Origin: Clostridia bacterium
Lineage (GTDB): Bacteria; Bacillota; Clostridia; Oscillospirales; QAKW01
Direction: 5' to 3'
Length of the DNA: 64,000 nt
Assembly (NCBI GenBank): GCA_017937065.1
Contig: JAGBEI010000014.1
Span: forward strand, 71,154-135,153
This document shows positions 45,508 to 55,443 of the stretch, piece after piece. Below the pieces are notes generated by a model. The model made no database searches. It was given only the letters and a program-made list of their open reading frames with translations, and was not told where the DNA came from. The position numbers and the translations under genes are program-made. The stretch's first letter is position 1. Each line of letters opens with the position of its first letter.

Positions 45508-47187
45508 TCAGCCGATATATCTCATGGCGTTTACTGCGTTACCGTTTATTCTTATTTCAAAGTGAAGATGCGGGCCGCTTGAATTTCCGGATGAACCGAT
45601 TCTTCCTATTTGCTGACCCTGATAAACCGTATCGCCGACAGATACATTAATCGCGCTTAAGTGTGCATACCATGTTTCATAGCCGTTTGAATGTCTTATT
45701 TTGATTACTCTGCCGTATCCGCCTGACCAGCCGGCATATATTACGGTTCCTGCTGCGGAGGCATAGACGGGCTTTCCGTATGCACCGCTCATTGTAAGGT
45801 CGGTGCCGGTATGTCCGCGGTAGCCGCCGAAGCCGCATGACACATAGCCGCCGTTAATCGGGCGTATAAAAGTACCTGTTCCGGCAAGCGGCGATGTGGA
45901 AACGGGAAGAGACTTTGTTCCGACGTATATCTCTTTTGTGACCGGCTCGCGCGTTACGGTCTCCGAAATGATTTTCTTTGAAACCTGCGCGCCGTCAACA
46001 TACGTCACCTCGGCAACAATATCTTTTTCACCTGTTCTGCCTGAGGTTTTTACCTTTGTCTGAGTTTTGTACATCGAGCTGTCTTCGATTTTAACCGTGT
46101 CAAAATCAATTTCCTCGGTGTAGTTGAGAGTTTTTACTATTTTTATTCCCAGGTATATTTCCGGCTGGGATATGTTAAGCTTTTTGCCGGGGACAAGTCT
46201 GCGCTCGTCCAGCTCGGGGTTGAGTGCGTAAAGCTGCGCTCTTGTAAGACCCGTCGCCTTGGATATATCCGACAGATAATCGTCCTCCTGAATGGTATAG
46301 TACATCGGGTTGGTGGAGGCGCTGAACTTTGCGCGTATCTCGTCCTCCGTATAGAAATAGGACGGGGCGTAAATACCCTTTTTGATTTCGACGTTTGCCA
46401 CAAATTCAACCGTTTCGTTCTCTTCACCCGTGACATACGGAGCCTTGAGCTCGTTCAGAACAGCGTTCAGGCTGTCCTCGTTTTCGGAGGCGGCAACAAG
46501 CGTGCCGTCTACATACAGACCGTAGTGCTCGCCAATCTCTTCGCAGACAATGGAGTAAACGCCGTCGTACATATCGGTTTTACTGTCCTCGTTTTTGAGC
46601 TTTTCCTTGCTGACTACGGTGAAAGAATACTCCGGATTGGAGGTCATAACATAATTTTCGCCTATGGACTGACCGAGGTTATTTTCCACTTCGGATACTA
46701 CCTGCGAAAACTCGCTTTCATTGGATACGTAACCGACTGTTTCGCCGTTTACGGTTACCTTGAGTGCCAAGGCGTAAAAGTTTGTTGAAAGAAGTATTGC
46801 GACAACCCCGATACCGCCAAGAGCCGGTGCCCAGTATGAAAAGTTGCGGACAAAGCTTTTGGGAATTGCCATGACGACCTTGACGGCGCCCTTCGCGCCC
46901 AGGCTTGTCCATTTAATGACGCCCTCACCTGTCGCATAAATAAACTTTACTGCGTTTACAAATACGTTTTTGTATACGGCTTTAGCAATTTTTACAATGA
47001 AACTTTCAACCGCAAAGCCTACCGAATATATGCCCTTGACAATCATCTCGCCCAGGCGGCTGATACCGTGCAGCGTACCCCTGAAGGTTATTTTCTTTAC
47101 TGCGCCGGCAATGCAAAATCCGCCGCGTACGGCTGCCCTTACAGGCTTGAGTACTATATTTATAAGTTTTTTTGAAAACTTATTCAT
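45508..47187 (-). CDS. peptidoglycan DD-metalloendopeptidase (TM, LysM, G5-like and M23 domains)
   Basis: LysM is YTIQEDDYLSDISKATGLTRAQLYALNP. M23 motifs are GHTGTDL and HLHFEI. I prefer the ATG at 47187 (GGAG upstream) over the GTG at 47199. Confidence 0.88.
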   Translation of the reverse strand: MNKFSKKLINIVLKPVRAAVRGGFCIAGAVKKITFRGTLHGISRLGEMIVKGIYSVGFAVESFIVKIAKAVYKNVFVNAVKFIYATGEGVIKWTSLGAKGAVKVVMAIPKSFVRNFSYWAPALGGIGVVAILLSTNFYALALKVTVNGETVGYVSNESEFSQVVSEVENNLGQSIGENYVMTSNPEYSFTVVSKEKLKNEDSKTDMYDGVYSIVCEEIGEHYGLYVDGTLVAASENEDSLNAVLNELKAPYVTGEENETVEFVANVEIKKGIYAPSYFYTEDEIRAKFSASTNPMYYTIQEDDYLSDISKATGLTRAQLYALNPELDERRLVPGKKLNISQPEIYLGIKIVKTLNYTEEIDFDTVKIEDSSMYKTQTKVKTSGRTGEKDIVAEVTYVDGAQVSKKIISETVTREPVTKEIYVGTKSLPVSTSPLAGTGTFIRPINGGYVSCGFGGYRGHTGTDLTMSGAYGKPVYASAAGTVIYAGWSGGYGRVIKIRHSNGYETWYAHLSAINVSVGDTVYQGQQIGRIGSSGNSSGPHLHFEIRINGNAVNAMRYIG

Positions 47188-47226
47188 CTGTGAAAACACT
47201 CCGTTACGTGAATTTAGTCGATAAAA

Positions 47227-47243
47227 ATTACAATTCAGTTACA
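47227..47243 (-). promoter_or_regulatory. WalR-type direct repeat (proximal)
   Basis: The minus strand reads TGTAAC-TGAAT-TGTAAT, matching TGTWAH-N5-TGTWAH exactly. Confidence 0.45.
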
Positions 47244-47366
47244 AACTGATACAATGATACACCATGTCTGTAATAAAATCAAGTGGTTTTTGTAATTTTT
47301 AAAAATTTTTTTTGCTGCGTCCGCCATATATATCCTATATATAATATAAACCGCAAATTGAAAAAA

Positions 47367-47383
47367 ATTACAAAATGATTACA
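47367..47383 (-). promoter_or_regulatory. WalR-type direct repeat (distal)
   Basis: The minus strand reads TGTAAT-CATTT-TGTAAT, matching TGTWAH-N5-TGTWAH exactly. Confidence 0.45.
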
Positions 47384-47385
47384 AA

Positions 47386-47414
47386 ATAAAAAACGCGGCT
47401 GTATAAGCCGCGTT
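47386..47414 (-). terminator. intrinsic terminator of the PrsA-like gene
   Basis: On the minus strand: AACGCGGCT, loop, AGCCGCGTT, then TTTTTT. Confidence 0.8.
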
Positions 47415-47442
47415 TCAGCGTTTTTAAACTTTAAAGCCGCCT

Positions 47443-48567
47443 TTATGACGGGTTTTCTTCTGTTTGGTCATCCAGACCGAGCTGCTGCTTGATTTCGTCT
47501 GTAAGCAGCTCATCTTGGTCGCTGCTGTCGGAGGTTTGAAGGTTTACAACGGACAGCTCCTGTAAAACGGAGTTATTGTATTCAACGCCGATGCGCTCCT
47601 TCAGATCTTCAAGAATTTTGTTTGACTCCTCGCTCATCATGTTTTCGATGAGCATGACTTCGGTGTCGCGTGAGTAAAGCTCATCGTCCGTGAATGAGTA
47701 TTTTTTCATTATATGATAACCGAGATTTGACTGTACAAGGCGTATTTCCCCCGCCTTCATGTCAAATGCCGCGTTGTGGAACACCTTGGTGTAAGAGCTG
47801 TCCTCTGAGGAAAATACATATCCGTCCGGATTGGACGCCATGCCCGGGTCTTCGTTATACTCGTCAATCAGCTTTTCAAAATCCTCTCCCGCTGTTGCCT
47901 TGTCATAGATTTCCTGAGCCTTTTTGCCTATTTCCTCTTTTTTGGCATTTGAAAAGTCGTTGCCCTCATCGTCCTTGGTTGAGAGAAAAACATGCTTTAC
48001 CTTTGTATAATACTCTTCGTAATACTGTCTCAGTGCGTCGCGGCTGACCGGATTTTCCGTGCTTTCAGGCCCGAAATAATACATAATGACAGCCTGCTTT
48101 TTGGCTTCATCATAATACTGGGCTTCAAAGTCCTCATATGTAAAGCCCTGGCTGCGCAGGTGTTCGTCCAGCGCCTCACGGCTGCCGTACTGCGTGATAA
48201 AGCCCTGCATCGTCTCCTCGATTTCGGCGGTAACCTCCTCATCAAGCTCCAGTCCCAGCTCATCAAAATGAATTGAATACAAATTGTAGGTGATGAGATA
48301 GGTCTGTATCATTGCGTCAAGATATTCCTGCACCGTGGAAGAATAGCTCTCGTCGATGTATCTGTCCCACAGCTCGTCGTTTTCTTCGAGATCGTTGCTT
48401 GTCAGAAACTGAGATTTTATGCTTACTGCCACCGACTTGTATCTTGCGGCCAAGATGACACGGTCGCCTATTTTAAGTGCATAGCCGCCCGAGGAACAGG
48501 AGGCAAGCGCTGTCAGTATAACGGCAGTTGCCGCAAGCGCGCTCAGCGCTCTTTTGAATATTTTCAT
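47443..48567 (-). CDS. lipoprotein peptidyl-prolyl isomerase (PrsA/SurA-like parvulin)
   Basis: Lipobox LASCSS and a parvulin domain ending in GYHIMKK. Confidence 0.8.
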   Translation of the reverse strand: MKIFKRALSALAATAVILTALASCSSGGYALKIGDRVILAARYKSVAVSIKSQFLTSNDLEENDELWDRYIDESYSSTVQEYLDAMIQTYLITYNLYSIHFDELGLELDEEVTAEIEETMQGFITQYGSREALDEHLRSQGFTYEDFEAQYYDEAKKQAVIMYYFGPESTENPVSRDALRQYYEEYYTKVKHVFLSTKDDEGNDFSNAKKEEIGKKAQEIYDKATAGEDFEKLIDEYNEDPGMASNPDGYVFSSEDSSYTKVFHNAAFDMKAGEIRLVQSNLGYHIMKKYSFTDDELYSRDTEVMLIENMMSEESNKILEDLKERIGVEYNNSVLQELSVVNLQTSDSSDQDELLTDEIKQQLGLDDQTEENPS

Positions 48568-48735
48568 CGATTAATCCTCCGTTTATTGTTAAATGCAAAT
48601 GCTTTACAGGTATATTATAGCTTCAGGAAGATGTCTTTGTCTATAACCAAAATGTAAAAAATATATAAAATCTGTTTTACAGTGTGACAAATTTATGCTA
48701 TAATTCAAGCAAGTAAGATTTCAGAGGAAATGCAG

Positions 48736-50070
48736 ATGAAAAAAAACGACAGGACGGAAGTTTTGATAGAGGGCTACTCGTCCGAGGGCTACGGTGTGGC
48801 AAAGCCGGACGGATACGTTCTGTTTATTCCGGGCACCGTGTGCGGCGAGCGGGTGCTGGCTCATGTTTTAAAGGCAGGTAAAAGTTACGGTTATGCAAGG
48901 GCGGAAAAGCTGATTGAATTATCCGACCGCCGCGCAGAGCCCGGGTGCGCTGTCAGCAGCGTCTGTGGCGGCTGTTCGCTGTGGCACATGAACTATGAAG
49001 AGGAGCTCAGGTTTAAGCGCGAAAAAGTGCGCCGCGAACTGAAAAAAGCGGGAGCTGATGTTGATTTTGAAGCGGTGGTGCGCGGCAAAACCACGGGGTA
49101 CCGGAATAAGGCGCAGTACCCTGTGCGGGAGAAGGGCGGCAAAATCGCAGTCGGGTTTTACCGGCGTGCAAGCCATGATGTTGCCGAGGGCAGGTGCAGA
49201 ATTCAGCCCGATATATTCGGCAGTATTGCCGATGCGGTTCGGGATTATATGGAGCAAAACGGGATTTCGGCTTATAACGAACAGACGCTTTGCGGCACTG
49301 TTCGTCATATTTTTCTGCGCGCGTCGCATGATTTTTCACAGATTATGCTTTGCCTTGTGGTAAACGGCAGCTTTGATTTGAAGCAGAATTTTTCGCGGCA
49401 CATAACGGACAGGTTTCCGTCCGTCAGCACCGTGCTTATAAATTATAACAGTGAAAACACAAATGTAATTCTCGGCAGCCGCTTTGAAACGGTTTCGGGC
49501 AGCGGCACCGTGACCGACACGCTGTGCGAAAAACGCTTTGAAATATCCCCGCAGGCATTTTATCAGGTAAATCATGACGTGTGTCAGAAGCTTTACGGAA
49601 TAGTATCTGATTTTGCGGCGGCGGATAAAAATACGCGCGTTTTGGATTTGTACTGCGGAATAGGCACCGTCGGACTGTGCGCCTGTCCTGACGCGGGCGA
49701 GCTTGTCGGGGTCGAGATTGTACCGCAGGCGGTGGAAAACGCACGCAAAAACGCCGCTGTCAACGGAGCGGAAAACGCGCGGTTTTATGCGTGCGATGCC
49801 GCAGGAATTGCGGCACTTAATTTGGGCAGCTTTGACGTTATTATCGTAGACCCGCCGCGGCGCGGCTGCGATGCGGCAACGCTTGATTTTATTATTGAGT
49901 CCCGACCCTTGCGGCTTGTCTATATTTCCTGTGACTGCGCAACGCTTGCGCGGGATATCGCAATACTGCAAAAGGGCGGCTTTTCCGTTTCGCGTGCGGC
50001 TTTAGCGGATATGTTTCCGCGCACAAAGCACGTTGAGACGGTGGTGCTGATGACACGCAAAGACACTTGA
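48736..50070 (+). CDS. rlmD: 23S rRNA (uracil-C5)-methyltransferase, RlmD/RumA family
   Basis: TRAM-like N-terminus, a Cys cluster (C..CGGCS), the SAM fold, and VDPPRRG. The ATG at 48736 has better RBS spacing than the one at 48730. Confidence 0.85.
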   Translation: MKKNDRTEVLIEGYSSEGYGVAKPDGYVLFIPGTVCGERVLAHVLKAGKSYGYARAEKLIELSDRRAEPGCAVSSVCGGCSLWHMNYEEELRFKREKVRRELKKAGADVDFEAVVRGKTTGYRNKAQYPVREKGGKIAVGFYRRASHDVAEGRCRIQPDIFGSIADAVRDYMEQNGISAYNEQTLCGTVRHIFLRASHDFSQIMLCLVVNGSFDLKQNFSRHITDRFPSVSTVLINYNSENTNVILGSRFETVSGSGTVTDTLCEKRFEISPQAFYQVNHDVCQKLYGIVSDFAAADKNTRVLDLYCGIGTVGLCACPDAGELVGVEIVPQAVENARKNAAVNGAENARFYACDAAGIAALNLGSFDVIIVDPPRRGCDAATLDFIIESRPLRLVYISCDCATLARDIAILQKGGFSVSRAALADMFPRTKHVETVVLMTRKDT

Positions 50071-50122
50071 ACACAAAACCTGTCACCGACAGAAAAATAC
50101 AGAGCGCAGAGAGACAGAATAC

Positions 50123-53100
50123 ATGATTACAAAATCGAACTTCAGAGATGTACTAAAGGCACTTTCTTTTATAGAAATATCCGCCGATTTATATGAAAAG
50201 CGGTATGAGATATTTGACTGTTCAATAACTGTTGATTTCAAAAAAGAAAAAATCACATACCCGGAGGATAAGGGTATGCGGATAGACCGCCATACAACGG
50301 ATAATTTTTCCGCAAACGAGAATTTTGTTGTTTTGGAATGCGTGGACAGGCTTTTATCAAAGGGCTATCGACCCGAGCACATTGAGCTTGAAAAGAAATG
50401 GTCTTTGGGACATATGATTTCCGGCGGAGAGGACAGCGGTTTTGCCGATATATGCGTTTACGGCAACGACGGCAAGGTTCTCTTTATCATAGAGTGCAAA
50501 ACCGCCGGAAGCAAATATGCAAGGGAATACGGCAAAATCCTGAGCTACGGCGGGCAGCTGTTTTCATATTGGCAGCAGCAGCGCAGCTGTAAGTTTATTA
50601 TTCTCTATGCCTCTGATTTTGCGGACGGCAGGCTGTTTTATACAACCGACAGCGTGGATTGCAGCGACGACCGGAATATCCTTGCCCTTGCCGAGAAAGA
50701 CGATTCTATTCTGCTCTACAAAAATGCACATGCCGTAGAGGATTTATACGCCGTATGGGATGAAACGTACGAAAGGCGTTTTTGCGGTGACGTCGTTTTC
50801 CGCGATGACTCCGTCGCATATAAAATCGGCGCGAAACCGCTTCGCAAGGGCGATCTCAAGGATATCAGAGAAAACGATAAGATTGTCAATAAATTTGAAG
50901 AAATTCTGCGCCATAACAGTGTTTCCGACAAGGAAAACGCCTTTAACAGACTGATTGCCCTTTTCATCTGCAAGCTCGTTGATGAAATTCAGAAGGGCGA
51001 TAACGATGAGGTGGAATTTCAGTATCGGGTAGGAACCGACACATACGAATCTCTGCAGGACAGACTTCAGCGCTTACATAAGGAGGGCATGGAGAAGTTT
51101 ATGCGCGAGGAGATTTTCTATGTTCCGGATACCTATGCCGAGGAATTGGTACAGCAGTACTGCGGGTATAAGCGCAGGAATATGATTGAAGACCTGAAAA
51201 GGACACTGCGCATTCTGAAGTTTTACACAAATAATGACTTTGCCTTTAAAAATGTTCATAATGAGGAGCTGTTCTATCAAAACGGTAAAATAGTTGTGGA
51301 AGTGGTGAAGCTTTTTGAGCGTTACCGAATTATCGACTCTTCCGATGTGCAGATGCTCGGTGATTTGTTTGAGCAGCTGCTTAATAAAGGCTTTAAACAA
51401 AATGAAGGACAGTTTTTCACGCCTATTCCGATTACAAGGTTTATCTGGGACAGTCTTCCCGTTACAGGGACAGTCAAAAAGGAACGCGGTGCGGAGTATC
51501 CGAAAATAATAGACTATGCCTGCGGCGCAGGTCATTTTTTGACGCAGGGCGTGGAGGCTGTCGATGCAGCTGTTAAAAAGACCAATCCCTCTGCCGAAAA
51601 CGGACACTCCTGGATAGAGAACAGGGTTTACGGTATAGAAAAAGACTACCGCCTTGCCCGCGTGTCGAAAATATCCCTGTTCATGCACGGCGCGGGAAAT
51701 GCAAATGTGATATTCGGCGACGGTCTTGAAAATTATTCCGACAAGGGAATCGTGCCGGGCAGCTTTGACATTCTTGTTGCCAACCCGCCTTACGCGGTTA
51801 AGGCGTTTAAGAGCCATTTGAAGCTGAAGAACAATTCGTTCAGGCTGCTGAATAAAATCACAAATGACGGTTCTGAAATCGAGACGCTTTTTGCCGAGCG
51901 TATTTCACAGCTGCTAAAGCCCGGCGGTATAGCCGCGGTTATTCTGCCATCTTCAATACTGAGCAACGATTCCGGCAGTTATACGGGAGCGCGAGAGGAG
52001 CTTTTACAGCATTTTCGTATTTGTGCAATTACCTGCTTCGGCAGTAAAACCTTCGGTGCGACGGGGACGAATACGGTTGTTTTGTTTCTGCAAAAGCTTG
52101 ATGAGACGCCCGCGCGCTTTAAATTGGCGGAGGACAGCGCAGATGCAGTTCTTTCCGGCAGATCCCTTGAGAATTGGGAGGACGGGGAAATATATTATTC
52201 CTACCTTGCACAAGTTGAGTGTGACAGGAAATTTTACAGAGCCTTAATCAAAGAATCAAAGCCGTACGGCTATTTCGCAAACGATAAATACCTGAAAAAC
52301 TATACCGCTGCGTTTGAGGAGCTTGCGGATGTAAAAGCCAAGAAAAGGCAGAAAACATTTAAGAACATGAGCGCCGGGGAGCAGGCAAAATGGATGAATC
52401 AGCGTTTCTATGCCTTTGTTAAGGAAAGAGAAAAGGAAAAGCTGATGTATTTTGCCATGGTTTACAAGCAGACGGTTTTGATTGTTACAGCGCCTGCGGA
52501 CAATGCAAAACAGAAAGCGTTTCTCGGCTATGACTGGAGCAACCGCAAGGGCAATGAGGGTATTGTTATCAATACGCCCGGAGGAATGCTGTATGACGAC
52601 AGCGACCGCTTTGCAGACGATACGCTTTCCGGCATGATACGTGATTCGTTTGCCGGTAAGCTGAGATCGCTGCCGAAATATGAGCAATACTATCGCTATG
52701 CAAATCTGCGTGATATGATTGATTTTTCACGGGTTGAATTTAACAAGGCGATAAAGACTGCCGTCAAAAATAGGCTTCAAAGCAAATACCCTCTTGTACC
52801 TTTGAAAACATTATTGCTGGATATTATCGGAAATACCACTAAGACGGCAAATACAGATACCCTGCCGAGCGGGAGTATCCCTGTCGTTTCGCAAAATACG
52901 GATTCGTTAATAAGCGGCTATGTTGAAACAAGCAGACCTATAGAGGACTTGCCCGTTATATTGTTCGGTGATCATACCTGTTGTTTCAAGTATATTGATT
53001 TTCCGTTTGTAAGGGGCGCGGACAATACGCAGCTTTTAAAATTCAACGACACCGTTATTCCGAAATATATGTATTACGTGCTGCCGGAAATTGAAATCGA

Positions 53101-53806
53101 AAATAAGGATAAATACGAAAGACATTTCAAGTATTTAAAACAGGCGCTTGTCCCCGTTGCGCCGCTCGATATTCAGCAGAAAATCGTTGACGAGTGTGCC
53201 TTAATAGACGAGGAGTATAACGCTGTGCGTACAGCTATTGAAAAACATCGGGAAAGCATTGAAAAACTTTTTGCCGAGGCTGCAGCGTCAGGCGGGACAA
53301 CGGTAAGGCTTGACTCTTCGGAATTATTCGCGCTCGGTATAGGAAAGCGGGTTTTGAAAAAGCAGATTACGGATACAGGCATACCTATTTACAGTGCAAA
53401 CGTAAACGAGCCTTTCGGATATATAGAGGATGCTGTGTTTGATGATTATTCTGTCGGCACCGTTATCTGGGGGATTGACGGCGATTGGGATGTAAGCTAT
53501 ATCCCGCCGCAGACTCCGTTCTATCCGACAGACCACTGCGGAACCCTGCGTGTTTTATCCGACGGAATAAACGCGCATTATGTTGCTTTCGCTCTCAAGG
53601 CGGAGGGCATACGGCAGAGATTTACCCGCTCAAACCGTGCGTCAGCCGACCGTGTGAAGGCGTTGAGATTAACGCTGCCCGATAAAAAAGTACAGGACGA
53701 TTTTACGGCAAAGGCAGAAAAAGCAGATACTGAAATCGCAAAGCTCAATGCAAGGCTTGCGGCTGTCAACGCGGCAAAACGGGATGTGCTGAAAAAATAT
53801 TTGTGA
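50123..53806 (+). CDS. single-chain restriction-modification-specificity enzyme (Type IIB/IIG-like)
   Basis: N-terminal PD-(D/E)xK (FADICVY...FIIECK). Gamma-class N6-adenine methyltransferase with motif I DYACGAGHFL and motif IV NPPY. The C-terminus holds two HsdS-like target-recognition domains separated by helical spacers. Confidence 0.8.
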   Translation: MITKSNFRDVLKALSFIEISADLYEKRYEIFDCSITVDFKKEKITYPEDKGMRIDRHTTDNFSANENFVVLECVDRLLSKGYRPEHIELEKKWSLGHMISGGEDSGFADICVYGNDGKVLFIIECKTAGSKYAREYGKILSYGGQLFSYWQQQRSCKFIILYASDFADGRLFYTTDSVDCSDDRNILALAEKDDSILLYKNAHAVEDLYAVWDETYERRFCGDVVFRDDSVAYKIGAKPLRKGDLKDIRENDKIVNKFEEILRHNSVSDKENAFNRLIALFICKLVDEIQKGDNDEVEFQYRVGTDTYESLQDRLQRLHKEGMEKFMREEIFYVPDTYAEELVQQYCGYKRRNMIEDLKRTLRILKFYTNNDFAFKNVHNEELFYQNGKIVVEVVKLFERYRIIDSSDVQMLGDLFEQLLNKGFKQNEGQFFTPIPITRFIWDSLPVTGTVKKERGAEYPKIIDYACGAGHFLTQGVEAVDAAVKKTNPSAENGHSWIENRVYGIEKDYRLARVSKISLFMHGAGNANVIFGDGLENYSDKGIVPGSFDILVANPPYAVKAFKSHLKLKNNSFRLLNKITNDGSEIETLFAERISQLLKPGGIAAVILPSSILSNDSGSYTGAREELLQHFRICAITCFGSKTFGATGTNTVVLFLQKLDETPARFKLAEDSADAVLSGRSLENWEDGEIYYSYLAQVECDRKFYRALIKESKPYGYFANDKYLKNYTAAFEELADVKAKKRQKTFKNMSAGEQAKWMNQRFYAFVKEREKEKLMYFAMVYKQTVLIVTAPADNAKQKAFLGYDWSNRKGNEGIVINTPGGMLYDDSDRFADDTLSGMIRDSFAGKLRSLPKYEQYYRYANLRDMIDFSRVEFNKAIKTAVKNRLQSKYPLVPLKTLLLDIIGNTTKTANTDTLPSGSIPVVSQNTDSLISGYVETSRPIEDLPVILFGDHTCCFKYIDFPFVRGADNTQLLKFNDTVIPKYMYYVLPEIEIENKDKYERHFKYLKQALVPVAPLDIQQKIVDECALIDEEYNAVRTAIEKHRESIEKLFAEAAASGGTTVRLDSSELFALGIGKRVLKKQITDTGIPIYSANVNEPFGYIEDAVFDDYSVGTVIWGIDGDWDVSYIPPQTPFYPTDHCGTLRVLSDGINAHYVAFALKAEGIRQRFTRSNRASADRVKALRLTLPDKKVQDDFTAKAEKADTEIAKLNARLAAVNAAKRDVLKKYL

Positions 53807-53869
53807 TAAAAAGGTTTAAAGGTCTTGCTGAGGGTATTTTGATAGGGACTGAAAACGGAGGATATGAAA

Positions 53870-55408
53870 ATGCGCTCTGAACAAAAAGGAAATGTAAAAA
53901 ACAGCGTCGGTCGCCTGGCACTGGCGGCGCTTGCAATTATCGCACAAATAGTCTGGCTTGTCTATATTGCCTTAAAGCTGAATAAATATTCGACCGTAAT
54001 TTCGCTTTGCAGCAGTCTTATTGCGCTGCTGCTGGTGCTTAAAATTTACAGCAAGCGTACCAATTCCGCCTTTAAAACGCTGTGGATAATTTTGATTTTG
54101 GTGTTTCCCGTTATGGGGATAAGCTTTTACTTTCTTTTCGGCAACAAGCATGCAACGTCATATATCCGCCGTAAGTTTTCGTCGCTTCACGATGCGCTGT
54201 TTTCGGGGCTTTGCGATGACAGCGGGGCGTTAAGCGAGCTGTCTGCGGATGACCGCTATGCGGCAAATCAGTTCCGGTACCTGTCCGGGCACGAGGGCTT
54301 TCCCGTGCGCGCGGGTACGTCCGTAAGGTTTTTTGCGGACGCCGCCGACGGATTTGAGGCTCAGCTTTGCGATATTGCGCGTGCGGAGAAATATATTTTT
54401 ATGGAATATCATGCCGTTGAGGACATGGAGTCCTTTTCGCGGCTTTTTGAGATACTGGCGCAAAAGGCGGCAAACGGGGTGGAGGTCAGGCTTCTTTACG
54501 ACGATGTGGGAAGTATCGGCTTTGTCAATTTCGGGTTTGTCAAAAAAATGAGACAGAGCGGAATACGCTGCAAGGTGTTCAATCCCGTTCTGCCCGTGCT
54601 TCAAATATTTATGAATAACCGTGACCACAGAAAGATTACGGTTATTGACGGCAGGGTTGCCTTTACGGGCGGGTATAATCTTGCGGACGAATATTTCAAT
54701 ATCACCCACCCCTACGGAAGATGGAAGGACACGGGGCTGAGGCTGGAGGGCGACGCAGTTCACAGTCTGCTTGCCATGTTTCTTGAAATGTGGGACTGTA
54801 CCGAAAAGTCTGCCGAGAATTTTGAAAAGTATTTTTGCAATAACGTAAGTCTGCCGCAGGACGGTTTTGTTGCGCCGTATGCCGACAGTCCGCTGGACAA
54901 CAGCTGCGTAGGCGAGAACGTGTACCTGAATCTTATAAAAAGCGCCGCTCATTACCTGTATATTACAACCCCCTATCTTATAATCAGCGACGAGATGAAC
55001 AGGGAGCTCACGCTTGCGGCGCAGCGCGGCGTCGATGTGCGCATAATTACGCCCGGAATCCCCGATAAAAAGCTGATTTACAGGGTGACGCGCTCCTACT
55101 ATCCCGCGCTTGCACGAGCGGGGGTGCGCATTTTTGAGTATACGCCGGGATTTATGCACGCCAAGCAGATGCTGGCGGATGGGAAAACTGCGGCGGTCGG
55201 GACGATAAATCTTGATTACCGCAGTCTGTATCATCATTTTGAAAACGGAGTTCTCATGCACGGCTGCAGGGCTGTAAACGATATTCTTCGGGATTTTGAG
55301 GACACCTTTGCAAAGTGCTGTGAGGTTACGGAAAAATACAGTCAGGACAGATTTGCCGTGACGCGGGGAATAGACTGTATACTGCGGCTTGCAGCTCCGC
55401 TTTTGTAA
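53870..55408 (+). CDS. cls: cardiolipin synthase
   Basis: Two N-terminal TMs and two HKD motifs (HRKITVIDG, HAKQMLADG). The ATG at 53870 is 7 nt after GGAGGA. Confidence 0.92.
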   Translation: MRSEQKGNVKNSVGRLALAALAIIAQIVWLVYIALKLNKYSTVISLCSSLIALLLVLKIYSKRTNSAFKTLWIILILVFPVMGISFYFLFGNKHATSYIRRKFSSLHDALFSGLCDDSGALSELSADDRYAANQFRYLSGHEGFPVRAGTSVRFFADAADGFEAQLCDIARAEKYIFMEYHAVEDMESFSRLFEILAQKAANGVEVRLLYDDVGSIGFVNFGFVKKMRQSGIRCKVFNPVLPVLQIFMNNRDHRKITVIDGRVAFTGGYNLADEYFNITHPYGRWKDTGLRLEGDAVHSLLAMFLEMWDCTEKSAENFEKYFCNNVSLPQDGFVAPYADSPLDNSCVGENVYLNLIKSAAHYLYITTPYLIISDEMNRELTLAAQRGVDVRIITPGIPDKKLIYRVTRSYYPALARAGVRIFEYTPGFMHAKQMLADGKTAAVGTINLDYRSLYHHFENGVLMHGCRAVNDILRDFEDTFAKCCEVTEKYSQDRFAVTRGIDCILRLAAPLL

Positions 55409-55443
55409 AGCGGAGCTTATTGAAAACGGAGGAATAATTATTT

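Noticed and set aside
50071-53863. Mobile element or prophage remnant carrying the restriction-modification gene
   Set aside because: I found no integrase, transposase or flanking direct or inverted repeats by eye. Only the AT-richer composition suggests horizontal origin.
54230-55261. 343-aa minus-strand ORF antisense to cls
   Set aside because: The plus-strand frame carries both HKD motifs of cardiolipin synthase. The antisense product has no recognisable features.
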